From Antedon mediterranea (lineage: Eukaryota > Animalia > Echinodermata): a stretch of 64,000 bases of DNA. The stretch spans positions 23,573,237 through 23,637,236 of the forward strand of contig NC_092672.1 in the NCBI RefSeq assembly GCF_964355755.1, read 5' to 3'. How positions within the stretch are numbered: the first letter of the stretch is position 1; every line of letters starts with the position of its first letter. Below the pieces are notes generated by a model, which saw only the letters and a program-made list of their open reading frames with translations, did no database searches and was not told the origin of the DNA. Below, one piece after another: positions 11,531 to 24,308 of the stretch. The translations under genes were made by a program, and so were the position numbers.

Positions 11531-14430
11531 TGTTTAGAGTTTATGTTCTATGCATGATGTGTCTATCCATTAGACCACAGGTGCTTTTCACATGGTATTA
11601 GTGGTACGGCGGAAGAACACTAGTGTCCCTCAATTGTCCCAAATTGATTCGCCCTCATTTTTAAGTATTTTATTCACGAACCGGGATCTCCGAAGAGAAT
11701 TGTATATAAGTCGCCCGTGATATACTGAAATTTATTTAATCAATTTGAAACGGTATAAACATGAGGAAATCTGTGAGAATAAAAAAAGACGTCCCAACCA
11801 AGATTTGCTTGCAGCAGTTTCCGTTTCGTGATTGCTGATGTATTAGTAATATAATATTTACATTCTTGCATAGTTTTTTAACTGTCACTCTGGACACTGA
11901 TCGTCATAAATAAATGTACCTCTTTTCTATTTATACTTTTATGGTGCCGAAACCTTGGATTGAATCAACAGTTCGGACGTAAACTCAATAAATAATGATT
12001 GACATGTAAAACTGTTGCCGATTTGATAACCCATGCATGGTTCCTGTGGCATTCACCTTTGTTCGTGGATCAAGGTTGTTCCCAGTTTTTGTAAATTTAC
12101 GTCATAATATCTACTGTGCATAATAATAATCTAGTCCCAAACTTTTAACATCAATGCAAAGTATGTGTCCTATAAATTGATTTATGTTTTATACTGCGTA
12201 GGGCATACTTGTACCATTGAGGAAAACACGCTAATACCCAGTCATAGTAGGTCTACAACACTCCATCATTTTTTTCAAGGTTTCATTCGGACTGCTTGAA
12301 ACATTAAACATGGTTCTCCATTATTCATAACCAAGACATTTAGATCACATAAACAAAAGCACCAAACTCTTAATGTTCATAATTCATATTTTTTATTACG
12401 GTCGAACTCATAATAAACAAGTTTTGTATTAAATTTTATCACATCTATGAATTAAACTCAATTGAGGCAAATATATGTTATCTATTTTATTCGGGAACAC
12501 ATAACAACTTAAAACGACTTGGTTACCCCAATGTGATTTTAGGCAATAAAATTCTTTTATAAATATCGTTAAATTAATTTTAAAAATGTTGATAGAGAGA
12601 CACCCAGTTTCACTTCAACTGTACTGTACGATGAAAGCGAGGTGGTACGACGGTGATTAAATGGAAATCCCATCTCATTAGCCGCCGTAAAAAGCAACTC
12701 GTTCGTTTAAAACGAACTGACACGTCTCTAAAGCGGCTTTCCGCAAACTTCGCAGCCCAAAACTTTTGACTGGCCTCTCAGTGCTTTTCTTTATTCCACC
12801 CGTAGTTATGTATATTTTAATTAATTATCATATTTTGCCCATAGTGTCTGTTATCTATTCATAATTGTTTACTAGGATATTTATAATCCTTGTATAATCA
12901 TATCAAAATTCTCATCGGAGTTATTACCATTACATAATAAATAATACTCATTTTGATCACTGATTCATTCGATTATATCCCCTACATGTATTGTGTTTAT
13001 AAAAATATTACATTTTCTCTTCTTTTAAATTAGTTTTCTATTTTGTACATATTAACCCTGTTATTTATGTTTAGCCTAAAAGTTATTTATGTTTATTTTG
13101 TTGTCCAGAGTTGGAGGCGATAGTTGCCATTGCTCGCTTGTCCTCGGTGCTCCTTTTTTTCACCACTGAAAGGAATAATACATAATTAAATGTCATCATA
13201 AATAACAGCCAATTACATTTTGAAATACGACCTACAATTTCGTATCAAATCAAAGATTTTAGGATAGGATTAAGGATAGCCGGCCCACATTCCGTAGACT
13301 ACCGGTGGAGGTCCTTCTCATCTCATTCAAACATCTAAGACTTCAATAATATAGCCTATTATGCAACAAATAAAAGAAAGTTATCAACAACTACTTTCAT
13401 TGGATTTGTGAAATGATATTCCTTAACATTTCATTTAGAGATGCGAAGCATAAAATAATATTTATACTGAAGTTTTATGTGAATACATGGACATTTTATT
13501 ATTTCTAATTGTACAGTTACAATTACACATTCAAAATCAATTAAATAAATGTATAGAGGGCAGCAATCAGAAAAATCGATATTATTTATAAATGCGCCCT
13601 CTATTCGTGAAATATCACAATTCTACAATTTTTTCCGGTAATTTCCTGTCTTTTTTCTGGTAAATAGTCATTTTTTTTGGTATTTTCCGGTTTCTTCCGG
13701 TATTTTTTTGGTTTTTTCCGGTATTTTTTTGTATTTTCCGTTTTTTTTTGGTTTTTTCCGGTTTTTAGGCGGACCCTTGACATATTTTGAACTTTAGTTC
13801 CCGGTAATATTTTACATATTTTATGGTAAAGTTAAGCTATCAGTGACTTTTGTAAAGGATAACAATAGGCCATTCCAACAATACAGGTGCCTAAGCCTAC
13901 TAATAATAAGACAAGAATGATTTTAGCCTTAGGCTACTATAGTAAGCTGTGTAGTAAGTACTGTATGTAGGCTAAAGTTAAGTTCCCGATCCGGCCTCAC
14001 TATGGCCCAGCTAGCTAAGATTTAGGTACCTGTCTTTCTTACTGTAACAGCAGTCTATCACAGCTTTTCCGACTGGCGAGGTATGCAAGACTTGATAATT
14101 TTAAGATTGAATGCCTACAACTTAAGCAATAAATCTGTTTAATAACTTGGTAGCAAAAATGATACTGTACATTAGTTACTATACAGTGAGTGCCGCAATT
14201 GTTTTGAAGTAATTAACCACTGATGGAAGGTATCCCATCCTAGTCCCATTGCAGGGCCGTAGCCAGGATCTGTCAAGGGGGGGTTCGAACACTAAATATT
14301 TTGGTCAACCCCGCCCCTCCCCCTGGGGGTGGGGCCTGATGCGAAGCGAATTTTGTTAAATGACACCCCTAGATGGCCGGAAAAGACACTCTCGTGCAGC
14401 ATGCTACCAATGAGCAAAAAGATCGTACTT

Positions 14431-16378
14431 TCGGCCCTAAACCGTCTCGGCCAAAGTCAAGTCGGCCCCACGTCAAGTCGGCCCCAAGTCGAGTCGGCCT
14501 CAAGTCAACTCGGCCTCAAGTCAATTCGGCCTCACGTCAACTCGGCCTCAAGTCAACTCGGCCTAAAGTCAACTCGGCCAAAAACTAATCCGTCAACTCG
14601 GCCTTTAAAAAGTATGGAACGCAAAAAGTGCTAATATAGTAGTTCATTTATTACAATGGCAGGACGGTTAGGCCTACATAATAGACGAAATAAAACGGAA
14701 ATTTCAATGTAAATTATAACACACTGGCAGATCGTTTTTCGTTTAATTTATAGGTAATTTTTATTTATATTGTTGGTTGGTTTGTCTCAGTAAGAACCCT
14801 CAGTAATGTGTTTGTTAGATCTATGTTGAGGATGTTCCCAGAAATAATCGCAAATATTCTTAGAAGGCCTATATATTATATAGATATTATTAGATTAATA
14901 CAGTAAAATAAAAATGTTTTTTTTTCGTATATATTTTCTCTCAAATTATTAGCAATATGTCACGGTCAAAGTGAATAACTATATGTGACATTAAAATGGT
15001 ATATTACAGCAACAAAATCTTTTCACACATTTATTGACGATGTCAATCAAACTACCGAAGAGATTATGGAAACAAATTCGGAATGTTCTGTCATGTTAAA
15101 TTTCTATTGCAATTGTGCGCTATTCAAATTGTTTTTATTACTTTTGTGATTTGATTATAATGAAGAATCCAATGAATACATTTATGGGAAATTAATCTAA
15201 AACACACTAAGAAATCATCATGAATAAATGGTGTATTTTTATTTTGTCAAGCATAAAAAATAATCTAAAACACACTGAAGAAATCATCATGAAAAAATGG
15301 CGTATTTTTATTTTGTCAAGCAAAAACTAAAACATATTGTTTGAGTCCAAAACAACGGAATTCCTAAACAACATAATATTGCCTTTGTATTCTCTTCTGT
15401 TGTTAAACACCCACCGCGCCCTGGTTTGTTCAATAAAATTGATCACCTAAAGGGGCATTCCGCCGTTTTTTCAACGTGACGCGCGCCCGTTCACCGTTCC
15501 GTTTTAAACATTCACACCTGTTCCGTTTTGTGACGTGACGTTAAAATAGCAGCCGTTTCTGGATGATTATCGGATGATAGTGAGGAAGAAATTATTCTTT
15601 TTAGTTTAATTAAAGATGATATTACAAAACGGGACAAGATTCCTGATGATAGTATAACAACACACACCATGACAAATTCCATGAATCCATAATTAAATAC
15701 AATAAAATCACAATCACATCTCTATGGACTGTTATGGAAGCAAATTTCTCTCTTCCCATGGTGTACTGTATTAATTATGAATAATTATGAAGTACTAAAC
15801 GAAATGAAAATAAAAATGTCATACAAAAAAAACCGTAAGGGTCTGTCTGGGGTGTGTGTGCATGTAACCTATACCCATAATGCTTATGCAATATGTTTTC
15901 TTGCCTTTTGATTTGTTTTGATTTTAATGTCATTTTATTCTTTTTATATTGATGTATATACAGTTGTAGACCGAAGTATATTGTTTAAATATTTTTTTTT
16001 TAAATGTCTTCTTCGACAGTTATTCCTGTATACAAAATTTGAAGAAATATTTGTTTATTTCGAACAATATAAATAAATACTACCTATCAATTAATATTAT
16101 ATAATCATTTATATTGAATTTTCCGTTGTATTTCGTCTATTATGGCATAACCGTACTATATCCTGCCATTATAATATTAACTACTATATTAGCACTTTTT
16201 GCGTTTCATAGTTTTTAGAGGCCGAGTTGACGGATTAGTTTTTGGCCGAGTTGACTTGAGGCCGAGTTGACGTGGGGCCGAGTTGATGTGGGGCCGAGGT
16301 GACGTGGGGCCGAGTTGACGTGGGGCCGGCCGACTTGACTTTGGCCGAGACGGTTTAGGGCCGAGTTGGATCGAAACC
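14431..16378. mobile_element. Foldback/MULE-like element with ~300-bp TIRs made of 15-16-bp GTCAACTCGGCC subrepeats; left tip truncated
   Basis: 14431-14730 is the reverse complement of ~16095-16364; absent from the sister copy at 40287-41360. Confidence 0.85.
15193..15325. repeat. Two direct ~68-bp repeats
   Basis: TAATCTAAAACACACT(G)AAGAAATCATCATGAA.AAATGG.GTATTTTTATTTTGTCAAGCA x2. Confidence 0.85.
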
Positions 16379-18550
16379 TGTTTTTCCTCCTTCTCAAACA
16401 CGTCGATAATTTAAAGGACGATAACTATTTGTTGCCGTATGTTAGATGCGCGTGCTCTTTGCAGAACCGCCGATTGTTTGATCATTTACTCCGTATTTTG
16501 TTTTGCGTTCAAGTTCAATGCGAACGTACATCTAGGAGCAGCCCCGAAAAAAGCACACTGGTTGAAGGCAAATGCTATTTGCTAGCTCTATCTATAATAT
16601 TTATTTACAGCAATTTGTTGAGGAATATAAATATTTAAATAGGTGATATTGATACATTTTAGTACGTATCGGCTGGTGGTCTAGAAAAAAATAATCGGAT
16701 GCCATAATGTGAACTACAGTACTTGATACCATAGATATTATAGTGTAAAATATTAATAGTCACTATCATCCTCTATGATACATTATACTTCATAGTCACA
16801 CATAAATACTGATGTACGTCGGAAGGCTATATACTTTATGCATGCTGCCTGACTGCCAGTGATCTAAACAATTATAGGTACGCAGTTGTCTGGCGGTGTC
16901 CTTTGTACGAATCGTTCGTGCCCCAGTTCGCTATGAGACGCGTCAATATCATGTTACATGCAGGGACCAAACATTTATTTTTCAGGTTAAAATCGGCAAT
17001 TCATTTGCAGCTTTTAGAAATTTAGGCCTACAGACACGTATCGCTAGTTGACGCTCATACAGAGAAGAAGGTTCACGAACAAGTTTACGAATTTTTCAAT
17101 TTACAAACAACTTTTTGTACTGTGGGGCACGTATTTGGATTTTTGGAGATGAGGGTGAGGTATTGGGCATGTCAGGGATGGGGGTTCGCAGTCGGTTAAG
17201 GGGGGTTCGCTGTAAAGGGGGGGGGGGGGGGTTCGCTGTAAAGGGGGGTTCGCCCGAACCATAAAACCCCCCCCCCCTGGCTACGGGCCTGCATTGCCTA
17301 TGTTTTTTTATGTTAAAAGTTTTAAAACATGAAACCAGGTCATTCCGTGTCTTAAATGTACGTTTTATGGTAATATGATAAAAAGAAAAAAAAACAATGC
17401 ACTACTAAATTTATTAGAATCGATTATTTTTCACATTTTTAACAATTTAAAGCCAAAACAAGTTATCGCAATAGGATAAGATGAATGTAATTTGTGACCT
17501 TCTTAAATTAAATCTAAAAAACGTAGGGAATGGGACTTTAGACAGACTTCTCCCATGATTGTATACTCCTTGAGTGGTGGTAAATATGCAACAGTATTCA
17601 TAAAATGGTTTTGCAAAATGAGGACCAGTGAAAATACCACTACACCATGACATTTATATTAACTAAAAAGATTACTAAAAGTATTACAGTTACCTCTGAC
17701 TTAATTAAAGTCTTCAGTCCATGTTGATCAGATTTTTGTAGATTTTGTATTTAGGTATGACCCACTATACGACAAGATTACATGGTTTTGTAAATATTTT
17801 GTTCTCTACTTTTTTTAATTCCACAATTTTTCCAGTCATCATCTTAATTTTGTAAAGCTCGGTTTAATACCTATAGCAGAGCATCATTTTTTACATTTGT
17901 TTCTTGAAGGTATTTTTATCATGAACACATTCTCTACGTTACCAAACTGTTCCAAGCCAAACACACACCATTTAATAAACGACTGACACATAAAATCTAT
18001 GAGCGTAGTCAGCCTAGACGAGTACTAAGTCTTACCATTTGCCTCTTTTTTCATTTAAGGTAAAGATTAATAAGATAATAAATTAGTAACTTCTATCATA
18101 ATTAATTATGGAAAACTACAGGGATATTGTAAATTAGAAATGTGAAGTATGAATATATCCACTGTGATGTAACACATACACATCTATCAGACACACACTG
18201 CAGAATAAGAGTAATTTTCAGAATAACAATTAATTAATAGTTCTAGACAGTCTTTCTCCTTTTTTGCTGAAGTAGGGAAGGCCATTGCCCCTGTATCCCC
18301 CTCTTTTGATCCTGCATTTGCCCTCATGGTTTTTGAAGATTAAAAAAACTTTTAAAAACCTGTTGAAATACTGGCTGTTCTATTTAACTCAGTTCAACCT
18401 TCTTTTAACAATAGTCAATCTTTCAATTCATGACATTTTCTCACCACAACTCAAACATTCATTATTTGAATACTAATGCCAAGTGCCAAGCCATAATAAC
18501 ATTAATTTCCATAGACAGCTGCCAATACTGTAAACTATTTTATTTTGCAG

Positions 18551-18674
18551 GTTCATAACTGGGCAGCAGTGCCTCTTGTGGTTGTTACCTTGCCACAAAG
18601 GCAGAAATAGCAAAGCATTGAAGAAGACTGCTCATAAAGTGCTGCAGCCAGGAAATGTCAGACAACATAGTACG
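18551..18674 (+). other. Candidate upstream exon of the ankyrin gene
   Basis: TTTTGCAG| ... |GTATGT; higher GC than flanks; one open frame ending in phase 0. Confidence 0.3.
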
Positions 18675-19656
18675 GTATGTTTTTGCTATAGGCCTACAGT
18701 ATAGCAATGATTTTCTATTGAAACTTGTTTTAATGATATTTGTATGAATCATATTATGTCTATTAAGTTTCCATATACTACACTTAACAACAACTTGTGT
18801 TTTGTACTATAATTCCAAAGGAAATCATGTGTAGGAGTTTTGTAAATGAATTGTAAGAATTCTAAAGTGAAATTCAATAGAATACTTGTGTATTGTGCTT
18901 CTATATTTAATAAGTTCATAGACCGTGAACACGTTTTTGTGATATCAAAGTTAGGTACTATTCATTGTGAATACTATATAATAGAAATATACTTTAAAGA
19001 GTAGACAGTTGGTGTTATGAATTGATTGAATTCAGACAACTAGAAAGTCAGTCCAGTTATTGTGAATTACCAGATTATTCCAGTTTAGCCAATAATATGT
19101 AAGTTTGCAATGTACATGTTATGTAAGTACAGTAAGAAATACAGTATATTGCTTGCAATTTTATAAATTTGTTTTTATTATTTTATAATTTTTATTATTA
19201 AGAGTAAGAGTTTTAAGGAAGAAGGAAGCTGAAATAAGCTGGTTGAGAATTGAAATGTTTGGATATAAGAGAAGAAAATGAAATGGGTATTTACAACAGG
19301 ATATGTCTATATTTAAAGATTTAACGTTAAACTTACATTTTGTGTTAGTTTTTCTCATGATTGACAGTTTTATTAAATTCAGACAATGCTAGCTAATAGA
19401 AACAACTGTTGTTAATGCCAGCATAGAAAAAAAACCAACAGAAAGCCTAAAGAGAAAATGATCAACAGTATGTAGATTAACAACAGAAAGCCTAAAAGAG
19501 AAAATGATCAACAGTATGTAGATTTAGGAGAAAACTTTAATATAGTTTAACTCTATTTCCTTTAACATATCATGTTTGATAGCCTGATAAAATTGTATAC
19601 TTCTTTAGTCAATGTAAAGTTAGGCCTATACTGTATCGTTTAAGCTGCTTGGTTGG

Positions 19657-20959
19657 TTCTGTAGGTCTGTCAGTCTTTTAAACATTTAACATGTTAAATC
19701 TGATATATCAATTGATTTCTGTAGGTCTGTCAGTCTTTTAAACATGTAACAGGTTAGATCTGATATACCAATTGATTTCTGTAGGTCTGTGTCAGTTTCT
19801 CAGTTTCTTTTCAATTTCATTTAATTTTTACCCATGAATATAAATTATAAACATTGTAACATACAAATAATAATAATAATTATATCAAGGGAAAGGCTAA
19901 CAAATAGTTAGCCCCTAAACATTGAAATATAAACTAGAGGGTACTCCGAGAGTACAAACCTCCGCCTACTGTAAAATTCCCCTACATAAAATGCCCCCTG
20001 AATATTTTTTTTAAACATTTTTTTTATTAGTTCTTAGTGTAAATATGTTATCGCTGGTTCAAGTCCCACTGAGGGTTTTTTTTTTTATTTTTTTTTATTT
20101 TTTTTTTTTTTTTGTGGACCTTGATCTTTGACCCTGACCCTTCAAAATTTAACCACAATTATATGATGTGTCATTGATCATTGTGGCTAGGTTTGGTGAG
20201 AATCGGATCAAAACTGTGGTCTCTAGGCAGTAAAATAGTTTTTTGTTAGTTGTGACCTTGACCTATGACCTTTCCCCCTAAAATTCGAACTTGTCCGAGC
20301 TTTTTGGGCATAGATCATTGTGTCCAAATTTTGTTAGAATCGGATAAAAACTGTGGCCTCCAGGCTGTTCACAGACACACACACAAACACACACACAAAC
20401 ACACACACAAACATACAGGGGTGAAAACATAACCTCCTTGGCGGAGGTAATAATATATAATCAAATTAGGGTTATATCTAGTATATCAATTGATTTCTGT
20501 AGGTCTGTCAGTCGTGTAAACATTTATCACATTAGATCTTAATATATACCAATTTATTCCTGTTGGTCTGTCAGTTTTTTAAACAGGTATCAGGTTAGAT
20601 CTAGTATACCAACAGACCTACAGAAATCAATTGGTATATCAGACCTAATGTGTTAAATGTTTAAAAGACTAACACTGTAACAGACCTATAGAAATCAATT
20701 GGTAAATCCGACCTAATGTGTTAAATGTTTAAAAGACTAACAGACCTATAGAAATCAATTGGTATATCAGACCTAATGTGTTAAATGTTTTAAAGACTAA
20801 CAGACCTATAGAAATCAATTGGTATACTAATGTGTTAAATGTTTAAAAGACTAACAGACCTATAGAAATCAATTGGTATATCAGACCTAATGTGTTAAAT
20901 GTTTAAAAGACTAACAGACCTATAGAAATCAATTGGTATACTAATGTGTTAAATGTTTA
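19657..20959. repeat. ~60-bp minisatellite whose orientation flips at ~20610; interrupted by a HINE
   Basis: AATTGATTTCTGTAGGTCTGTCAGTCTTTTAAACAT units at 19657-19800 and 20460-20610; ACAGACCTATAGAAATCAATTGG units (revcomp) at 20611-20959. Confidence 0.88.
19932..20450 (-). mobile_element. Helentron-associated interspersed element (HINE/DINE-1-like)
   Basis: Terminal ACCTCCTTGGCGGAGGTAA, subterminal inverted ACCTCCGCC, hairpin GTACTCCGAGAGTAC next to ACTAG, (CA)n microsatellite. Confidence 0.75.
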
Positions 20960-22441
20960 TTATTTTTTCTGTCTTAACTTTCAGTCCTGTAGTTACCATA
21001 CTGAGAATTTTCCTCAAATGTGTAGTAATTAAATTAAAATACTATTAATACTAATACTATTTTTTTTGCCTAATATAGCAATTATTTGCCAATAAAAACT
21101 GGGCTGAGCTTGTTTCCCTCTAGTACTTTTTAGGGGTTCTATAGAAATTTAATAACAGAATTCTAAAGGAAATTCCACAGAGTATTGTGAATTGTACATC
21201 AACAAAAAGAAGTGCACAGACCGTGCAAAAGTTGTAATTTACAGTGTAGTGTGGAAGGCTGCAGGTTTGAAAATAAACACTGAAATACTGGATTTGGATC
21301 AGAGTGCAAACAATTTTTGTAAATGTAAAAATTACACAATTGTGGGAAGGTGTTAAGAGTATGGGAGGGGTATGTGCTTTCACCCCTAATAAGGAATGTC
21401 AGAGCCTAAAATCTGGGCAGTCTCTAGGCTTTATTGATTTTTTACCTAGTCACCATGCATACAGATTTACGAAGCCAATTATAATTTGTAAGGAAATTCT
21501 AAAAATTGACCGAAAAGTATGAGTCAAATGTAAAATTGTCATATTAAACATTTTTTTGAACGGCAACCGATTCTAAGTAAAAGATGCCGAGATTTAATTC
21601 ATTTTACAATGCTAAAGTAATTTTGTTTTCTCTTTTGTGAGGGCAGCCCACTTTTATTGCACATATTATGATAAACAATATGATATTTATGTGATATTAC
21701 ACATTCTGAGGTTAAAAGATTATAGAAAATATTTTGATATTGTGTTGAAATCTAAATATGAATATAAACAAGTATACAGAGAAAATTTATATTACAGAGC
21801 TAAAACAATATAAAGATTAACTCAGTTAATATTCAGTATTAAAAATTGAGATTCGGTATAATAATGATAAAATGGTATTTTGCATTATAAGATGGTTTGT
21901 TTAATTCTTTGTTACAATTGTATAATTTGACATTGATAAAGTCATTTTGAACATAATATTGCAAACCTTGTTTGCTTTACCTAAAATGGTAATTCATGTT
22001 GGTTTGTCGTTCTAATCAACTAAATGATAAAAACAAAGGAAACACTAAGTCACGCTATGTTGTAATTTGTATAAAATCCATTGAATTGCACTGGTTATCA
22101 CTACAATATTTTTTGGATTTCTTTTATTTTAGCATTACCACTGTAAGTGTATGTAGTACTTGTAGGTCTAAATAATGTTATAATTTTATTTGAAAGAGGA
22201 AGCATTAGTTAAAGAAATTGTTGATAGAGTAGAAATTGGATTGTATATGTACTGTATTTCAACATGTTTAGCACTTGTAGTATTTATGTATTTATTAAAG
22301 CACTATCATGTTTACTCTATAAACTCTACAAACCTTTATATAAATTGAGAAATTGTCTTTTTTTATGTTATTACATTGTTAACCTTTTTTTGCTTTGTTT
22401 TTTGTAAATCAATTGCAGTACAATGGATCAACTGAAAAAAA

Positions 22442-23050
22442 AACTTGTTGCTATATGCACCTTCAATGGCATTGAGGTAGGTACTGTTACATTTACACTG
22501 TTTTAGATAATACATTAAAGAACTTGTTGCTATATGCACCTTCGATGGCATTGAGGTAGGTACTGTAGCTTGGCACTGTTTTAGGATAATACATTAAAGA
22601 ACTTGTTGCTATATGCACCTTCAATGGCATTGAGGTATTTACTGTAGCTTGGCACTGTTTTAGGATAATACATTAAAGAACTTGTTGCTATATGCACCTT
22701 CAATGGCATTGAGGTACAGTAGGTAGCTTGGCACTGTTTTAGGATAATACATTAACAAACTTGTTGCTATATGCACCTTCAATGGCATTGAGGTAGGTAG
22801 CTTGGCACTGTTTTAGGATAATACATTAAAGAACTTGTTGCTATATGCACCTTCAATGGCATTGAGGTAGGTAGCTTTACACTGTTTTAGGATAATACAT
22901 TAAAGAACTTGTTGCTATATGCACCTTCAATGGCATTGAGGTAGGTAGCTTTACACTGTTTTAGGATAATACATTAAAGAACTTGTTGCTATATGCACAT
23001 TCAATGGCATTGAGGTAGGTAGCTTTACACTGTTTTAGGATAATACATTT
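22442..23050. repeat. Minisatellite, 8 units (79 bp, then 74 bp)
   Basis: AACTTGTTGCTATATGCACCTTCAATGGCATTGAGGTA starts at 22442, 22521, 22600, 22679, 22758, 22832, 22906, 22980. Confidence 0.95.
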
Positions 23051-23481
23051 TAACTAGCAACAATTAACTTAAAGTAATTAATGCTTTGGAAACAAAAGAG
23101 AAATAAAATAAGTACTAATTAAATCAAATAGTGAAAAAGTAACATGCAAAATGGATCAAAATAAACACTGCTGTGCTTCTAACAAACTAAGTTGTTGCCC
23201 ATGAAAGTGACTTATTTGTATTACTAAATCAATTTGTATAAAATATATCATCATATTCTTAATAATATGTATTTGCTCATTTGACTGGCACTTATTATTA
23301 TTATGTGGTTTTGAGGCCAAATTTATCTTAATATATTATTTGACTACTATATAATGACTATATTAATACAACATACAAGTGATCACTGTTGTCTATTCTA
23401 TATTCCTTCTGATAATTCCTTTCATGAAATTAATGTCATTGAATACTGTATTATAATATACTATCTGTTCACATGTTTTAG

Positions 23482-23562
23482 ATGCCAAATATAGACCAAA
23501 GCAATCCTGTTGAAATCTGTCAATATTTAATTAAATGTGAAGCACAGGACATCCAGAATGAG
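23482..23562 (+). CDS. Ankyrin-repeat gene, probable exon with a partial repeat (MPNIDQSNPVEICQYLIKCEAQDIQNE)
   Basis: TTTTAG|ATG ... GAG|GTAAAC, 81 bp, phase 0; EICQYLI resembles helix 2 of the downstream repeats. Confidence 0.6.
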
Positions 23563-23717
23563 GTAAACATCAGTTATTATTTCTTTCATTGTAATCATTT
23601 TAGGATTATTGATAGTAATTTTCTTAATAAGGATAACAAGCACGAATGTGCAATACTCGGGATACAGCGAAAGAAGCTGTATACAGACGTATACAGTTAG
23701 AAAGTTAAAGAAAAATA

Positions 23718-23789
23718 GGTTTCGCCAGGGCTCGAACCAGGTACCTTCTGCGTATTGAGCAAACGTGATAACCACTACGCCAAGAAGCC
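23718..23789 (-). pseudogene. Degenerate tRNA-Val-like copy
   Basis: GGTTTCGCCAGGGCTCGAACCAGGTACCTTCTGCG... homologous to 23952-24023; anticodon loop mutated. Confidence 0.65.
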
Positions 23790-23951
23790 GCATATAACTA
23801 CATAACGCTGTGGTGTGTGTCACCCATTGTGGCTTCTTAATTAAACAAATTAATTAACAAAAAAGCACGAATGTGCAATACTCGGGGTACAGCGAAAGAA
23901 GCTGTATACAGACGTATACAGTTATTTCACCATAAAGTAAAAGAAACCCGA

Positions 23952-24023
23952 GGTTTCGCCAGGGCTCGAACCGGGACCTTCTGCGTGTTAAGCAGACTTG
24001 ACAACCACTACACTACGAAAACC
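23952..24023 (-). tRNA. tRNA-Val(AAC)-like sequence, probably pseudogene or element-borne
   Basis: Revcomp GGTTTTCGTAGTGTAGTGGTTGTCAAGTCTGCTTAACACGCAGAAGGTCCCGGTTCGAGCCCTGGCGAAACC; anticodon stem TCTGC/GCAGA, loop TT-AAC-AC; D and T stems have mismatches. Confidence 0.7.
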
Positions 24024-24237
24024 ACTTACACTAAAAATGTGGGTTACAGAAAGTTTTTTAATCCATTTAAATTACAAATAAATATGGTAATAAGCACAAA
24101 GAAAAATAAACATGTGTAAAAGTGATAATTACCGATTACACAAAATAAGTATTTAAAAAAATAATAAAAATAAGATATACTGTGTATAATTATCATATTG
24201 CGTATAGAGTACTTTTCAGCATAACGTTTAAAAAAAA

Positions 24238-24308
24238 GGTTTCGTCCGGGCTCGAACCAGGTACCTTCTGCGTGTTAAGCAAACGTGATACCACTACGCA
24301 AAGAATCC
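24238..24308 (-). pseudogene. Degenerate tRNA-Val(AAC)-like copy
   Basis: GGTTTCGTCCGGGCTCGAACCAGGTACCTTCTGCGTGTTAAGC; homologous to the other two copies. Confidence 0.65.

Larger units (their letters stand above)
1708..13775 (-). mobile_element. Putatively autonomous Mutator-like (MULE/foldback-type) DNA transposon, ~12.1 kb
   Basis: ~125-bp TIRs GGTCCGCCTAAAAACCGGAAAA...AATGACTATTTACC at 1708-1835 and the reverse complement at ~13645-13775, built from tandem ACCGGAAAAA subrepeats; encloses an intact MULE transposase gene; no clear TSD seen. Confidence 0.85.
14252..17291 (+). mobile_element. Non-autonomous TIR element with 5-bp TSD (hAT5-like), copy 1, carrying a nested insertion
   Basis: CATTG|CAGGGCCGTAGCCAGG ... 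CCTGGCTACGGGCCTG|CATTG; highly similar to the revcomp of 40287-41360. Confidence 0.9.
1294..17537. mobile_element. Outer non-autonomous TIR element (Kolobok-like, ~1.1 kb once the two nested insertions are removed)
   Basis: ~140-bp imperfect TIRs: TTAA|AGCCCCATTCCCTACGTTTTTTAGAT..CCTATTGCGATAACTT..TTAAAAATGTGAAAAATAA (1294-1435) vs its reverse complement at 17405-17537 ending CGTAGGGAATGGGACT|TTAG. Confidence 0.75.

Noticed and set aside
13601-13783. Lys-rich 60-aa ORF
   Set aside because: Translation of the A-rich TIR subrepeats
15555-15660. Acidic peptide (SDDSEEEIILFSLIKDD) resembling a Harbinger transposase N-terminus
   Set aside because: Too short, no ATG in context and no catalytic motifs
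14329-16401. ORFs with SASSQLGLKSTRP repeats (14329-14634, 14373-14588, 16189-16401, 16215-16397)
   Set aside because: Translation artefacts of the 15-16-bp TIR subrepeats
19383-19525. Possible small exon with a duplicated GTATGT donor
   Set aside because: Explained by a ~44-bp direct duplication; no convincing reading frame
22442-23050. CRISPR-like array with a palindromic repeat
   Set aside because: Units are contiguous near-identical tandem repeats with no unique spacers, there are no cas genes, and the context is eukaryotic
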